DNA of 64,000 bases from Macrostomum lignano (lineage: Eukaryota): assembly GCA_002269645.1 (NCBI GenBank), contig NIVC01001643.1:1-64000 (forward strand), read 5' to 3'. Numbering within the stretch: position 1 is the stretch's first letter; every line of letters begins with the position of its first letter. Below the pieces are notes generated by a model. It had not been told where the DNA came from. It made no database searches and saw only the letters and a list, made by a program, of their open reading frames with translations. This document shows, piece after piece, positions 12,863-24,900 of the stretch. Both the position numbers and the translations under genes were made by a program.

Positions 12863-15800
12863 TCAGACGCCCAGGAACATGTCCACCACCAGGCTGTCCA
12901 GAGCTGTCGGGCTGTCCAATTGGCGAAAGAAAACAGTGTGCAGGCCGACAGGCGACACGGCTGAAGCAGCTTGAAGCAGCAACAGCAGGCGGCCGAAACG
13001 ATTGTGATTGAAGCTTGTCGCCTGCTGGGCAGCGGGCATCGAGCTCAGGACCTCAGAGTTCAAGGCGGTCAACATCCGGTCCCTCAGGTCGGCTATGGTC
13101 TGGGCCGAAGCTGCCGACGATGGCGATCGAACTGTAGAATTTTTAACGAGATAAAGAAAAATGTTTTACTTGCTACTGCCGACAGATTTGGCAGTAGTGT
13201 ACCTGGGACAGTTTCTTAAAATTATAAAACACAGTTTGAAATACATTATGAAATTTCGACGAATTAATAAGTCATCACTTAGTTTTTCAGTTTTTATCAG
13301 AAAATTTTCATGAATACAAATTGATATTGAAAAAAAGATGAAAAGGCAGATGAAGGAAGAGATGAAAGGTGAGATTAAAGATGACTGAAAGTGAGAAATC
13401 TATACTAAGTTAAGCAGACACATTAATTAGACAGATATACGAAGGGAGGGTGAACTGAGAGATGAATGGACGAAAAGGAGGAAAGAGATAAAGGCAGCGA
13501 GATGGAGGGAGAGAGGTAAACAGAGAGTTGAAGGGAGAGAGATGAAGGGAGATATGAATAGATTGAGATGAATTTAGAGAAGATAAAAGGAGAGAGAAGA
13601 AGGGAAACATGAAGGAAGAGAGATGAAGGGAGATATGAAGGCAGAGAGACGAAGGGAGAGAGATGAAGGGAGAAAGATGAAGGGAGAGAGATGAAGTGAG
13701 TTGAACGGAGATTTGAAGGGAGATATGAAGGGAGATATGAAGGGAGAGAGATGAAGGGAGAGAGATGATGGGAGAGATGAAGGGAGAGAGATGAAGGGAG
13801 AGAGATGATGGGAGAGATGAAGGGAGAGAGATGAAGGGAGAGAGATGAAGGGAGAGAGATGAAGGGAGAGAGATAAAGGGAGAGAGATAAAGGGAGAGAG
13901 ATGTGGACGGATGTGAGATGTGAGAGGGAGTAAGAAGGGAGATGTGGACGGAGAGAGACGAAGGGAGAGATGAAGAGAGATATGAAGGGAGATATGAAGG
14001 GAGGGAGGCGGATGTACAAATAAAAAGAAAGAAATGAATGTTGAGATGAAGGGAGAGAGATGAAGGGAGAGATATGAAGGGAGATATGAAGGGAGAGAGA
14101 TGAAGGGAGAGAGATGAAGGGAGAGATGAAGGGAGAGAGATGAAGGGAGAGAGATGAAGGGAGAGAGATGAAGGGAGAGAGATAAAGGGAGAGAGATAAA
14201 GGGAGAGAGATGTGGACGGATGTGAGATGTGAGAGGGAGTAAGAAGGGAGATGTGGACGGAGAGAGACGAAGGGAGAGATGAAGAGAGATATGAAGGGAG
14301 ATATGAAGGGAGGGAGGCGGATGTACAAATAAAAAGAAAGAAATGAATGTTGAGATGAAGGGAGAGATGAAGGGGCAGCTGGCTCACCAGTCCTGAACAG
14401 GGCGAGTGCCTGCAGGCAGGCCAGCTCTCCCGGTCGGACTTGCAGGGCGTCAAACTCTGCAGCGAGTTCAGTCAGCAGTTCCGCGGTCGCCAGCGCCGCC
14501 CGTTTCTCCTCCTCCTCCGTAATGGCAGCGATGACGTCATCCTGAGCAGCGATTGTCAGCTCGGGCAGTCGGGCGTGGGCAGCGGTCAGCAGGAACAGGC
14601 TGCGCCAGATGGACTTGGCCAACGCGGCTCTGTCAGCCTGCGGCAGACCCTGATAGGCTGGCATGGCCGCGGCCCAACGTGACAGCAGGAACAGCAACCG
14701 AGCGGCGAGTTCATCGCGATCGTTGGTTGTTGCTGGTCGAAGGCCGTCGCATTGTTGCTGTTGCTGTTGCGGCATGGGAGCCGGAGTCAGTGCTGGCAGT
14801 GGGTTGTAGGTTAGCGACAAGAACGGCCAAACCGTTGTTGATGACGGAGTCTGGATTGGAAGGACGGCTGTCCGCTGTTGTTGCTGCTGTTGCGGCTGCT
14901 GCGGCTGAGTTAAAGATTTGCGAGGCCCGCGCTCCTGCTGTACAGCTGCGGGAATGCGGAGTGTTGATGTACAGTTATCGGTGAGATTGGCGAGCTTAGG
15001 ATCTAGGAGTGAGACTCAGAGATCTAGGAGTGAGACTCAGAGAACTAGGAGTGAGACTCAGAGATCTCGGTGTGAGAATAAAATGACGGAATGAGACTCA
15101 CAGATCTCGGAGTGAGAATAAAATGACGGAATGAGACTCAGAGATCTTGGTGTGAGAATAAAATGACAAGGAATGAGACTCAGAGATCTTGGAGTGAGAC
15201 TCAGAGATCTAGGAGTGAGACTCAGAGATCTTGGAGTGAGACTCAGAGATCTAGGAGTGAGACTCAGAGAACTAGGAGTGAGACTCAGAGAACTAGGAGT
15301 GAGACTCAGAGATCTAGGAGTGAGACTCAGAGAACTAGGAGTGAGACTCAGAGATCTAGGAGTGAGACTCAGAGAACTAGGAGTGAGACTCAGAGATCTA
15401 GGAGTGAGACTCAGAGAACTAGGAGTGAGACTCAGAGATCTAGGAGTGAAACTCAGAGAACTAGGAGTGAGACTCAGAGATCTAGGAGTGAGACTCAGAG
15501 ATCTAGGAGTGAGACTCAGAGAACTAGGAGTGAGACTCAGAGATCTAGGAGTGAGACTCAGAGAACTAGGAGTGAGACTCAGAGATCTAGGAATGAGACT
15601 CAGAGAACTAGGAGTGAGACTCAGAGATCTAGGAGTGAGACTCAGAGAACTAGGAGTGAGACTCAGAGATCTAGGAATGAGACTCAGAGAACTAGGAGTT
15701 AGACTCAGAGATCTAGGAGTGAGACTCAGAGAACTAGGAGTGAGACTCAGAGAACTAGGAGTGAGACTCAGAGATCTCGGTGTGAGAATAAAATGACGGA

Positions 15801-18800
15801 ATGAGACTCACAGATCTCGGAGTGAGAATAAAATGACGGAATGAGACTCAGAGATGTCGGTGTGAGAATAAAATGACAAGGAATGAAACTCAGAGATCTT
15901 GGAGTGAGAATAAAATGACAAGGAATGAGACTCAGAGATCTTGGAGTGAGACTCAGAGATCTAGGAGTGAGACTCAGAGATCTTGGAGTGAGAATAAAAT
16001 GACAAGGAATGAGACTCAGATATCTCGGAGTGAGAATAAAATGACAAGGAATGAGACTCAGATATCTCAGTAGCTGCTGACTGACTCAGATATCTCGGTG
16101 TGAGAATCAAATGACAAGGAATTAGACCCAAAGGCCCAGAAATTTCAGCAAACTTCAATCGCACAAAAGCAACACATACAGGTACAGTGCAATAACGGTC
16201 TAGCATTGAGCAACAAGCACTGCTGAGACAGTCAGAGCAGACAGGTCTGACAGGACAATGGCTAGGGGTCCTGAATTGCCGTATGAGAAGCAGCAGAAGT
16301 TAAAGGGGGGAGAGGGCTTATCATATTCAAACCCACGATACAATTTGGCAAGCTCTTTCAAGTCGCACCCTAACTTCTATCTTATCTTATTGAATAGCTC
16401 AAATAGAACTGCTGCATCTGGAGAGTGAGAGAGAGAGAGAGATGGAGCTTTTATTTTGATATTTCTATTTTCTCATCTACCTGCTTCTTTCCCTGCCAGA
16501 AATTGTCAGAAGTTGTTGCCAAGCCGTTGCGAGAGGTCTTGGAAATTAAAGAAAAAGGCATTTTGCTGAGGCAATTGTATATTGGGCAATTGTGGGCACT
16601 GGTAGAGATAAAGCTAAGGCGCTGTGTGACTCAAAACTCTCTCGCTTGTTTTGTTCTGCGCTGATTCTGACTTGACCATAGGCTGACTGACTGAGTCACG
16701 TTGGCAGCTCTGCGTCACGATGTTTGCCCCGGGTTTTTTTAGTTTCATATCGGGTTACAGGTGAAGTTATGGCTATGTTAGCCTCTGTGTGAAGCTTGTG
16801 CTGAATTCCCTGTTATGCACAGGTGTGAATGATGAATAGATCCTGTTATGCACAGGTGTGAATGCTGAATAGATCCTGTTATGCACAGGTGAGAATGATG
16901 AATTCCCTGTTATGCACAGGTGTGAATGATGAATAGATCCTGTTATGCACAGGTGTGAATGATGAATAGATCCTGTTATGCACAGGTGTGAATGATGAAT
17001 AGATCCTGTTATGCACAGGTGTGAATGCTGAATAGATCCTGTTATGCACAGGTGAGAATGATGAATTCCCTGTTATGCACAGGTGTGAATGATGAATAGA
17101 TCCTGTTATGCACAGGTGTGAATGATGAATAGATCCTGTTATGCACAGGTGTGAATGATGAATAGATCCTGTTATGCACAGGTGTGAATGCTGAATAGAT
17201 CCTGTTATGCACAGGTGAGAATGATGAATTCCCTGTTATGCACAGGTGTGAATGATGAATAGATCCTGTTATGCACAGGTGTGAATGCTGAATAGATCCT
17301 GTTATGCACAGGTGTGAATGATGAATAGATCCTGTTATGCACAGGTGTGAATGATGAATAGATCCTGTTATGCACAGGTGTGAATGATGAATTCCCTGTT
17401 ATGCACAGGTGTGAATGATGAATAGATCCTGTTATGCACAGGTGTGAATGATGAATAGATCCTGTTATGCACAGGTGTGAATGATGAATAGATCCTGTTA
17501 TGCACAGGTGTGAATGATGAATAGATCCTGTTATGCACAGGTGTGAATGATGAATAGATCCTGTTATGCACAGGTGTGAATGATGAATAGATCCTGTTAT
17601 GCACAGGTGTGAATGATGAATAGATCCTGTTATGCACAGGTGTGAATGATGAATAGATCCTGTTATGCACAGGTGTGAATGATGAATAGATCCTGTTATG
17701 CACAGGTGTGAATGATGAATAGATCCTGTTATGCACAGGTGTGAATGATGAATAGATCCTGTTATGCACAGGTGTGAATGATGAATTCCCTGTTATGCAC
17801 AGGTGTGAATGATGAATAGATCCTGTTATGCACAGGTGTGAATGATGAATATATCCTGTTATGCACAGGTGTGAATGATGAATAGATCCTGTTATGCACA
17901 GGTGTGAATGATGAATAGATCCTGTTATGCACAGGTGTGAATGATGAATAGATCCTGTTATGCACAGGTGTGAATGATGAATAGATCCTGTTATGCACAG
18001 GTGTGAATGATGAATAGATCCTGTTATGCACAGGTGTGAATGATGAATAGATCCTGTTATGCACAGGTGTGAATGATGAATAGATCCTGTTATGCACAGG
18101 TGTGAATGATGAATAGATCCTGTTATGCACAGGTGTGAATGATGAATAGATCCTGTTATGCACAGGTGTGAATGATGAATTCCCTGTTATGCACAGGTGG
18201 GAATGCTGATTTCCCTGTTATGCACAGGTGTGAATGCTGATTTCCCTGTTATGCACAGGTGTGAATACTGAATATCCTGTTATGCACAGGTGTGAAGCAA
18301 GGACCACTAGGAACACTTCGTTATAGAACACACTAGTCTAGTAGTCCTTGGTGTTAAAATTCAGTGTTTTCAGGTTTCCGAACGCACAATTTTTGCACTT
18401 GTTCAAGTACATCATGTACTCACCTTCCCTGCTCATGCCAACCCGCAGGCAGGAGCTCAGCCGGCACGCTCGGCACTGATTTCGCAAATTGCGATCGATA
18501 TGACACTGATTGATGACTAATCCGCCAGTATTAGCCTCTGTACCGCTTCCGTCTTTGTTTGTTAAAAAATTTTTCGCTTTACACACGTACTTGTGCTGGC
18601 GGCGCACCGATCGCTTGAAGAAGCCGGCGCATCTAAAAGACAAAATGCACTTTAAATTGGAGAGAGTACATAAACAGAGAGAAAGGCTCTTAATGTACGG
18701 TGGACCGAGGATTAAAATTATATTGTGTGAGAGAAAGGCGGTTAGGTTGACCGAGGATAAAAAGTACATTGGGAGAGAGAGAAAGTCAGACTGAACGAGG

Positions 18801-19600
18801 ATTAAAAGTACATTGGGAGAGAGAGAAAGAAGGTCAGACTGACCGAGGATTAAAAGTACATTAAGAGAGAGAGAAAGTCAGACTGAACGAGGATTAAAAG
18901 TACATTGGGAGAGAGACAAGGAAGGTCAGACTGACTGATGATTAAAAGTACATTAGAAGAGAGAAAGAGGGTCAGACTGACCGAGGATTTAAAGTACATT
19001 GGTAGAGAGAGAAAATAGGTCAGCCTGACATCGATACATCGATTAAAAGTACATTGATTCAGATTTACCCATCGCAGGCGTAGACTCCGTAATGCTTTCC
19101 GCTGCTGAAATCGCCGCAAACTTCGCATGGAACGTCCGCAAGAATTCGGCCTGTTAATATATTGGTTGTTGGAGGCGGTTCAGTCAGATGTCAGTTTGGA
19201 TGTCAGTGAGTGCTTCAACTCTGGTGTCATGGGGCTCTAATCTGTGAGTCAGTAGGGCTCTAATCTGTGAGTCAGTAGTGCTCTAATCTGTGAGTCAGTA
19301 GGGCTCTAATCTGAGTCAGTAGGGCTTTCATCTGTGTCAGTAGGGCTCTAATCTTTGAGTCAGTAGGGCTCTAATCTGTGAGTCAGTAGGGCTCTAATCT
19401 GTGAGTCAGTAGGGCTCTAATCTGAGTCAGTAGGGCTCTAATCTGGATAATTAGCGGTGCCAGAACCGGGGCATGCAGGGCCGCACAACTGTGCACTTAC
19501 TGGAACTGACATTGGCCCCGCTGCTCCTAGTCCCAGAAGTGGACACAAAAGCCCGGGACGAGCTGCTAGAAGCTGGTGAACGACTTCTTGACGAGTCCAT
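12863..19600 (-). CDS. tll: Tailless/TLX (NR2E) nuclear receptor; exons 19501..19600, 19069..19150, 18424..18632, 14388..14945, 12863..13131; 405 aa
   Basis: The spliced product reads [28 protein letters not shown]|[11 protein letters not shown]...[27 protein letters not shown]|[10 protein letters not shown] (tll-type P-box and T-box). The LBD contains [38 protein letters not shown] and AF2 LDSLVVDMF*. All four introns are GT-AG with matching phases (1,2,1,1); total 1218 nt. Confidence 0.93.
13340..14372. repeat. Purine-rich GATGAAGGGAGAGA-type minisatellite with an internal ~310-bp duplication (tll intron 4)
   Basis: Tandem 14-16-bp units; the block GTGGACGGATGTGAGATGTG recurs at ~13903 and ~14212. 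Confidence 0.85.
14995..16110. repeat. 21-bp minisatellite (CTAGGAGTGAGACTCAGAGA[T/A]) (tll intron 3)
   Basis: Direct tandem repeat, with variant GAGAATAAAATGAC units at both ends. Confidence 0.95.
16807..18295. repeat. 33-bp minisatellite (CCTGTTATGCACAGGTGTGAATGATGAATAGAT), ~45 copies (tll intron 3)
   Basis: Near-perfect tandem array without unique spacers; a 31-bp variant (GAATTCCCTG) recurs periodically. Confidence 0.95.
18745..19050. repeat. ~45-50-bp minisatellite (GAGGATTAAAAGTACATTGGGAGAGAGA...) (tll intron 2)
   Basis: About six degenerate tandem units. Confidence 0.85.
19230..19445. repeat. 21-23-bp minisatellite (TGAGTCAGTAGGGCTCTAATCTG) (tll intron 1)
   Basis: About ten tandem units, eight of which contain TGAGTCA. 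Confidence 0.9.
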
Positions 19601-20157
19601 GTGCGTCGTATACGTATGATGAAGCTACAGTAGTTTTGTTAGAATCTTCTCGAAACTTAATACACAGACACCACACTGCTTGCTCAAAATAGCCATGTAT
19701 CTATCTATATACATATATATATATAGCCTATATACGGCGCTTATTTTTGGTCAGAACAATTGTTAATGTATCGCAGCAAAATGTGGAGAGTAAGGTAGGG
19801 GGTTAAAAAAAGCATTGACCGCACGCGTGCAGCAACTTTGCAGACTCCGCAGCAGCCCCCCTCCATCGTACGAAAACAAGGTAATGCATGTCTTATTTAA
19901 TAAGAATTTAACCAACCAAGTTGAGAATTTCCATTTGGCAGTAGCTTGGAGTCTTGCCCATACTCGTAGACAGAAATAGACGGGAAAAGGCAAACAAGTT
20001 TACAGTATAATTCTGCGTTAAAAAGGTTGCATCGACTGTCTCTCAGTTTGCAAAACTGTTAGACTTTTTGATCTCATAATTTACTGTTTCCGCGAACAGG
20101 GCTGCTTGTAAACATCGAGAGCATTATGGTACAGCCTGTACTATCTTGCTAATCGAA

Positions 20158-20228
20158 GCATCGGTGGTTCAGTGGTAGAATGCTCGCCTGCCACGCGGGC
20201 GGCCCGGGTTCGATTCCCGGCCGATGCA
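20158..20228 (+). tRNA. tRNA-Gly-GCC: tRNA-Gly(GCC)
   Basis: GCATCGGTGGTTCAGTGGTAGAATGCTCGCCTGCCACGCGGGCGGCCCGGGTTCGATTCCCGGCCGATGCA: acceptor stem GCATCGG/CCGATGC, A and B boxes, anticodon loop CTGCCAC, followed by a T-rich Pol III terminator. Confidence 0.97.
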
Positions 20229-20959
20229 AATTTATTATTTTATATTTTTAATACTTGCAAAAGCATACATGTAAATTTTTCAGACTAAAAAAACTTCCTT
20301 TAATTTTTATTCAGTAGATTTGATTTATTTGTACAGGTAATTACGAATTTTATTATAGCTTGTAAAGCTGACTGAGAATGTGAACGCGATATCCCATAAA
20401 GCTATACATGTACATCTAGACTTTACTTCTACTTTTAGTAGCTAAATGTAAGCTTCGATTATTTTTGCAATTGTACATGTAACTTTCATAGCAGCTGTTT
20501 AAAAATTATTTCGAATGACAGCAGGTCGCAGCCACACATCGCATTTATTAATTATATTCGGTTCGGTGTAAATTTCTAAAACCGCAGCAGCTGCCTAAGG
20601 CTCGCTCAGACAGCGCTGTGACTTGAGAACACACGGGGCATCTAAAAAAATAATGGTCAGGCAGACAAACATCTGCACTCAACGGCAGAGCTCTCTCTTC
20701 AGCTTTTCCAACTCGTAAGTAAAGTGGCAATTATTGGGCAGGCTCAGCTGCTTAAGTGGGCCAGAAGAGGCAGCAGGGACAGAGGCAAAAACTTGATTGC
20801 TGTTGTCCCTAGTTTCACTTAGCAACCATTGAAGCACAATGATTCTTAAATTGCGTTGCAAAAATTTTTGCGTTGCGTTGGTCAATTTTTTGTATATGAC
20901 TTGAAAGACTACTTGCAGTAGCGAGCTAAAGTTTTTTATCGTATTTTTGATTGATGATT

Positions 20960-21115
20960 GGGGAAATTGCAGCCTAGTGGTTAGAGTGTCGGACTCACGA
21001 CTTGAAGGTCGGAGGTTCGATAACAGCCGTACGCAGCCTTCAGAGATGCGCTGCGCAAATAGCTGCGGCTGAGCTGTCGGTTGCACATCTGCCCATTAGG
21101 ACAGGTGTGATTAAA
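20960..21115 (+). mobile_element. tRNA-derived SINE, internally deleted copy (head joined directly to tail, CORE missing)
   Basis: Head TAGTGGTTAGAGTGTCGGACTCACGAC...GGTTCGAT is followed by the tail AACAGCCGTACGCAGCCTTCAGA...GCTGCGGCTGAGCTGTCG...CAGGTGT, which is shared with 48297-48590 and 49865-50160. Confidence 0.75.
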
Positions 21116-21459
21116 TATTATTATGATTGTCGGTTATGAAAAAACCGACAAAAAATAAAACAAAATCGAAAACTCACTTAAGACTTCCAGGTTAATTACC
21201 CAGATTAGGTTAACGTACATCATAGCACTACATATTTAGGTGAAAAATTGAGCTTTCAATTTTTAAGAAATTTGAAAAATTTGAGCTAGTCAGTAGAAGC
21301 GCTAAATTATTTATTGTTCAGCTTGTCAGTGACAAATAATATTAATCGTACTGTTACAGCTGTGTCGGACGGAAAGAAATCACTTGTGACAGCGCCAGAG
21401 CAAAAGAACAAAGCAATGGGATATTTTTTATCATAATATAAAGCGGATTTTCTACAAGA

Positions 21460-21905
21460 GATTGTACAGGGAATCCCTGTTGCATAGTTATGGATTTCCC
21501 ACTTTAGATTGGAGGGGAATCTCAGTTGTATACTTAGGGATTTCCCACATTAAATAAGGAGGGAATCCCAGTTGCATAGTTTGGGAATTCCCACTCTAGA
21601 TGGAGAGGGGAATCCCAGTCGTATACTTAGGGATTTCCCACATTAAATAAGGAGGGAATCCCAGTTGCATAGTTTGGGAATTCCCACTCTAGATGGAGAG
21701 GGGAATCCCAGTTGTATACTTAGGGATTTCCCACCTTAAATAAGGAGGGAATCCCAGTTGCATAGTTTGGGAATTCCCACTCTAGATGGAGAGGGGAATC
21801 CCAGTCGTATACTTAGGGATTTCCCACCTTAAATAAGGAGGGAATCCCAGTTGCATAGTTTGGGAATTCCCACTCTAGATGGAGAGGGGAATCCCAGTCG
21901 TATAC
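21460..21905. repeat. 93-bp tandem repeat (dimer of related ~46-bp halves), ~4.7 copies
   Basis: TTTCCCAC recurs at 21541, 21634 and 21727 (93-bp period). Confidence 0.9.
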
Positions 21906-24900
21906 TTAGTCATTAAGCGAAGCAAACGACGCCCGAAGCATGTCAATTAAAAAGTCGGCATAATTCTCGGCTAGAAAATCCGACCCCAACAACAGCGTAG
22001 CAACGGACAGACAGACAGCCTGCAGACTGGACGCCATTAAGACAATTAAACACACAGGCAGTGGCAGGATGATCAGGGCGATAAACAATGGCGTTAAGTC
22101 GTCATCGTTTCTTAGTCTCAGGCTGGAATAAAGACGGCCGCTGCCACTGCTGCTCTTATTGTTAGCAAAGATTCTACCATACCGACTGACAAGAGGCCAA
22201 CGGATTTCCGCAACGGAAGCAATATCGCCGCTTCCATCTTCCATAGAGGAGCCATTGTCGCAGTCCAGAGCCAGACTGCACAAGATGAAGTGCAACGGCA
22301 GCTGGCCCAAGCAGAGGGCGCACTCCAGCAGGCCTACCAAACGGTTCCACCAATTTGAATTGTCCAAGTCGTCAATTCCGTAGAAATCTACCGAATATAG
22401 GGCGGCCAGCTGGCAGCTGAGCAGCTGGGCAATGAGGAACGGAGCCTGGGAGCGAGGGCCCAGCCAAGCCAGTAAAAGCACTGGCAGGGCCAGAGACTGC
22501 AATTTTTTTAAAGAAAAACAGGTGAAAACTTCATCAGATCAACATTTTACAACGAAGTTGTTTAAGTAGTGAGGTGACAACATTGAATAGCACTCTGAGC
22601 AGATTAAATGCATTTTTTGTTTTTAATATAATTTGAAGTATTATTGACACTCCAACATTTTTCCAGCTAGGCATTTGCCAGCCAGACATTTTGCCAGCTA
22701 GGCATTTGCCAGCCAGACATTTTGCCAGCTAGGCATCTACCAGCCTGACATTTTGCCAGCTAGGCATTTGCCAGCCAGACATTTTGCCAGCTAGGCATCT
22801 CCCAGCCAGACATTTTGCCAGCTGCAAATGTCACAACCATCGACAAAAAATAGCGCAGTTAGGGATTGCTTAGGGATTACTTGCCTAAATTTAGGCAAGT
22901 TTTTTAATTTTATACAGCAAATTAATCTAGCAAAACGCATACAACCTACTTAAGCCAGAGTAGTATCATACATAGTATCATAAAAAACAAAAACGCAAGG
23001 AAAAACTTACAATAGCTTTTTCCAACGGATTCCAACAGCCCAACAGCAACAGACAGTAGGCAATAGATAACAAACCATTGAAAAGCAGCTCTTCAATTGC
23101 CAATTTTTGTGTTAATTGAACCAAATCCGGATTTGACTGTTAACGAAATTATAGAGAAAAAATCGATATGAAAAATCATAATTAAAGCAATAATATTACC
23201 ATTTATACTAAAATATTTTACCTTCGCAAGGTAGTAAAGCCACCTACAGGCTGCTAACTGGTGCAAAACTACTATTAGAGAAAGTGTGAACGAAGACCAG
23301 CTTGGCAGTAGTAGTTGGTGCAATCCAGCTAGTAGTATCACGCAGGCAAAGCTGGAAAAATTTAATTTGACAGACAAAAAATGTCACAATGCAGATGAGG
23401 TAAACATTGTATGAATTACAGAAAGCAAAACTCACAGAGCAACTGCTGGTTTAAACAGTTTATCGGCACTGATGTTTCCGCACAGAGACAGAGCGAAACT
23501 TGACGATATGCTGATGGAGCCAACCAGTGCGATGCCAGCTTGATACGACACGAGCGAAGGGTCGAACTGAGCGAGGGGAATAGATAGGAGTCTGATGAAA
23601 ATACATGACAGTTGAGCGGACTGAGGATCTGGGAGGCTGGCCCAGGAGCTGAGGATCTGGGAGGCTGGCCTAGAAACTGAGGATCTGGAAGGCTGGTAGC
23701 CCAGCAACTGAGGATCTGGGAGGCTGGCCCAGCAACTGAGGATCTGGGAGGCTGGCCCAGCAACTGAGGATCTGGGAGGCTGGCCCAGCAACTGAGGATC
23801 TGAGAGGCTAGCCCAGCAACTGAGGATCTGAGAGGCTGGCCCAGCAACTGAGGATCTGAGAGGCTGGTCCAGCAACTGAGGATCTTGGAGGCTGGCCCAG
23901 CAACTGAGGATCTGGGAGGCTGGCCCAGCAACTGAGGATCTGGGAGGCTGGCCCAGCAACTGAGGATCTGGAAGGCTGGCCCAGCAACTGAGGATCTGGG
24001 AGGCTGGCCCAGCAACTGAGGATCTGGAAGGCTGGCCCAGCAACTGAAGATCTGGGAGGCTGGCCCAGCAACTGAGGATCTGGGAGGCTGGCCCAGCAAC
24101 TGAGGATCTGGGAGGCTGGCCCAGCAACTGAGGATCTGGGAGGCTGGCCCAGCAACTGAGGATCTGGGAGGTTGGCCCAGCAACTGAGGATCTGAGAGGT
24201 TGGTCCAGCAACTGAGGATCTGAGAGGCTAGCCCAGCAACTGAGGATCTGGGAGGCTGGCCCAGCAACTGAGGATCTGGAAGGCTGGCCCAGCAACTGAG
24301 GATCTGGGAGGCTGGCCCAGCAACTGAGGATCTGGAAGGCTGGCCCAGCAACTGAGGATCTGGGAGGCTGGCACAGCTACAGTTAAACAGGCAACTCACC
24401 ACAGTGAAGTAGAGCAGCAGATGCTGACAGGTCAAACCGATGCAGAGAATTACACTCCAGCTGACTTTAGAGGAAATTTTGGATTTGTTAAGCCAGGCTA
24501 ACAAATAAACAGACACCACAGCTACAAGCTGAGCTGCCGAAACGATTAGCCTACAAAATACGAGCATTAGAATAAGTTATTAAGGCTTAATTAGGTAAAA
24601 ATTATTTCAGTTTAAGAACAGTTTCAATTCTTTACCTGACATTGGAGCTAACAAATGGGATTATATCGTTACGAACTAATCCCAGCGCTAATGCAGCAGT
24701 GCCAGATGAAATTGTTATTAATTTTATCGCAGTCCAATGCGGTGCAAACAGACTTTTGCAATGCAATACCGAGCACAATAGTAGACAGAGTACTGCAAAA
24801 TAGAATTAGACGATATGTATCGAAAAAACGCTAAAAGTATTGATTACTCTTTTACTCACCTATTAACTCAGCCAGATCCAGCTGCCTATCAAAGATGCTG

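Noticed and set aside
15163-15796. Repetitive ORFs (SETQRTR)n and (VRLRELG)n, and similar ORFs at 17368-18163, 23416-24567, 25543-26328, 59030-60121 and 62637-63426
   Set aside because: They are translations of intronic or intergenic tandem repeats; only the short non-repetitive ends correspond to real exons.
16807-18295. CRISPR-like array (33-bp unit with internal palindrome)
   Set aside because: Units are contiguous with no unique spacers, there are no cas genes, and the array lies in a eukaryotic intron.
20548-21086. Further 3' exons of the membrane-protein gene (ORFs 20548..20730 and 20679..21086)
   Set aside because: They could not be joined in frame with credible splice sites, and part of the region is a SINE on the opposite strand.
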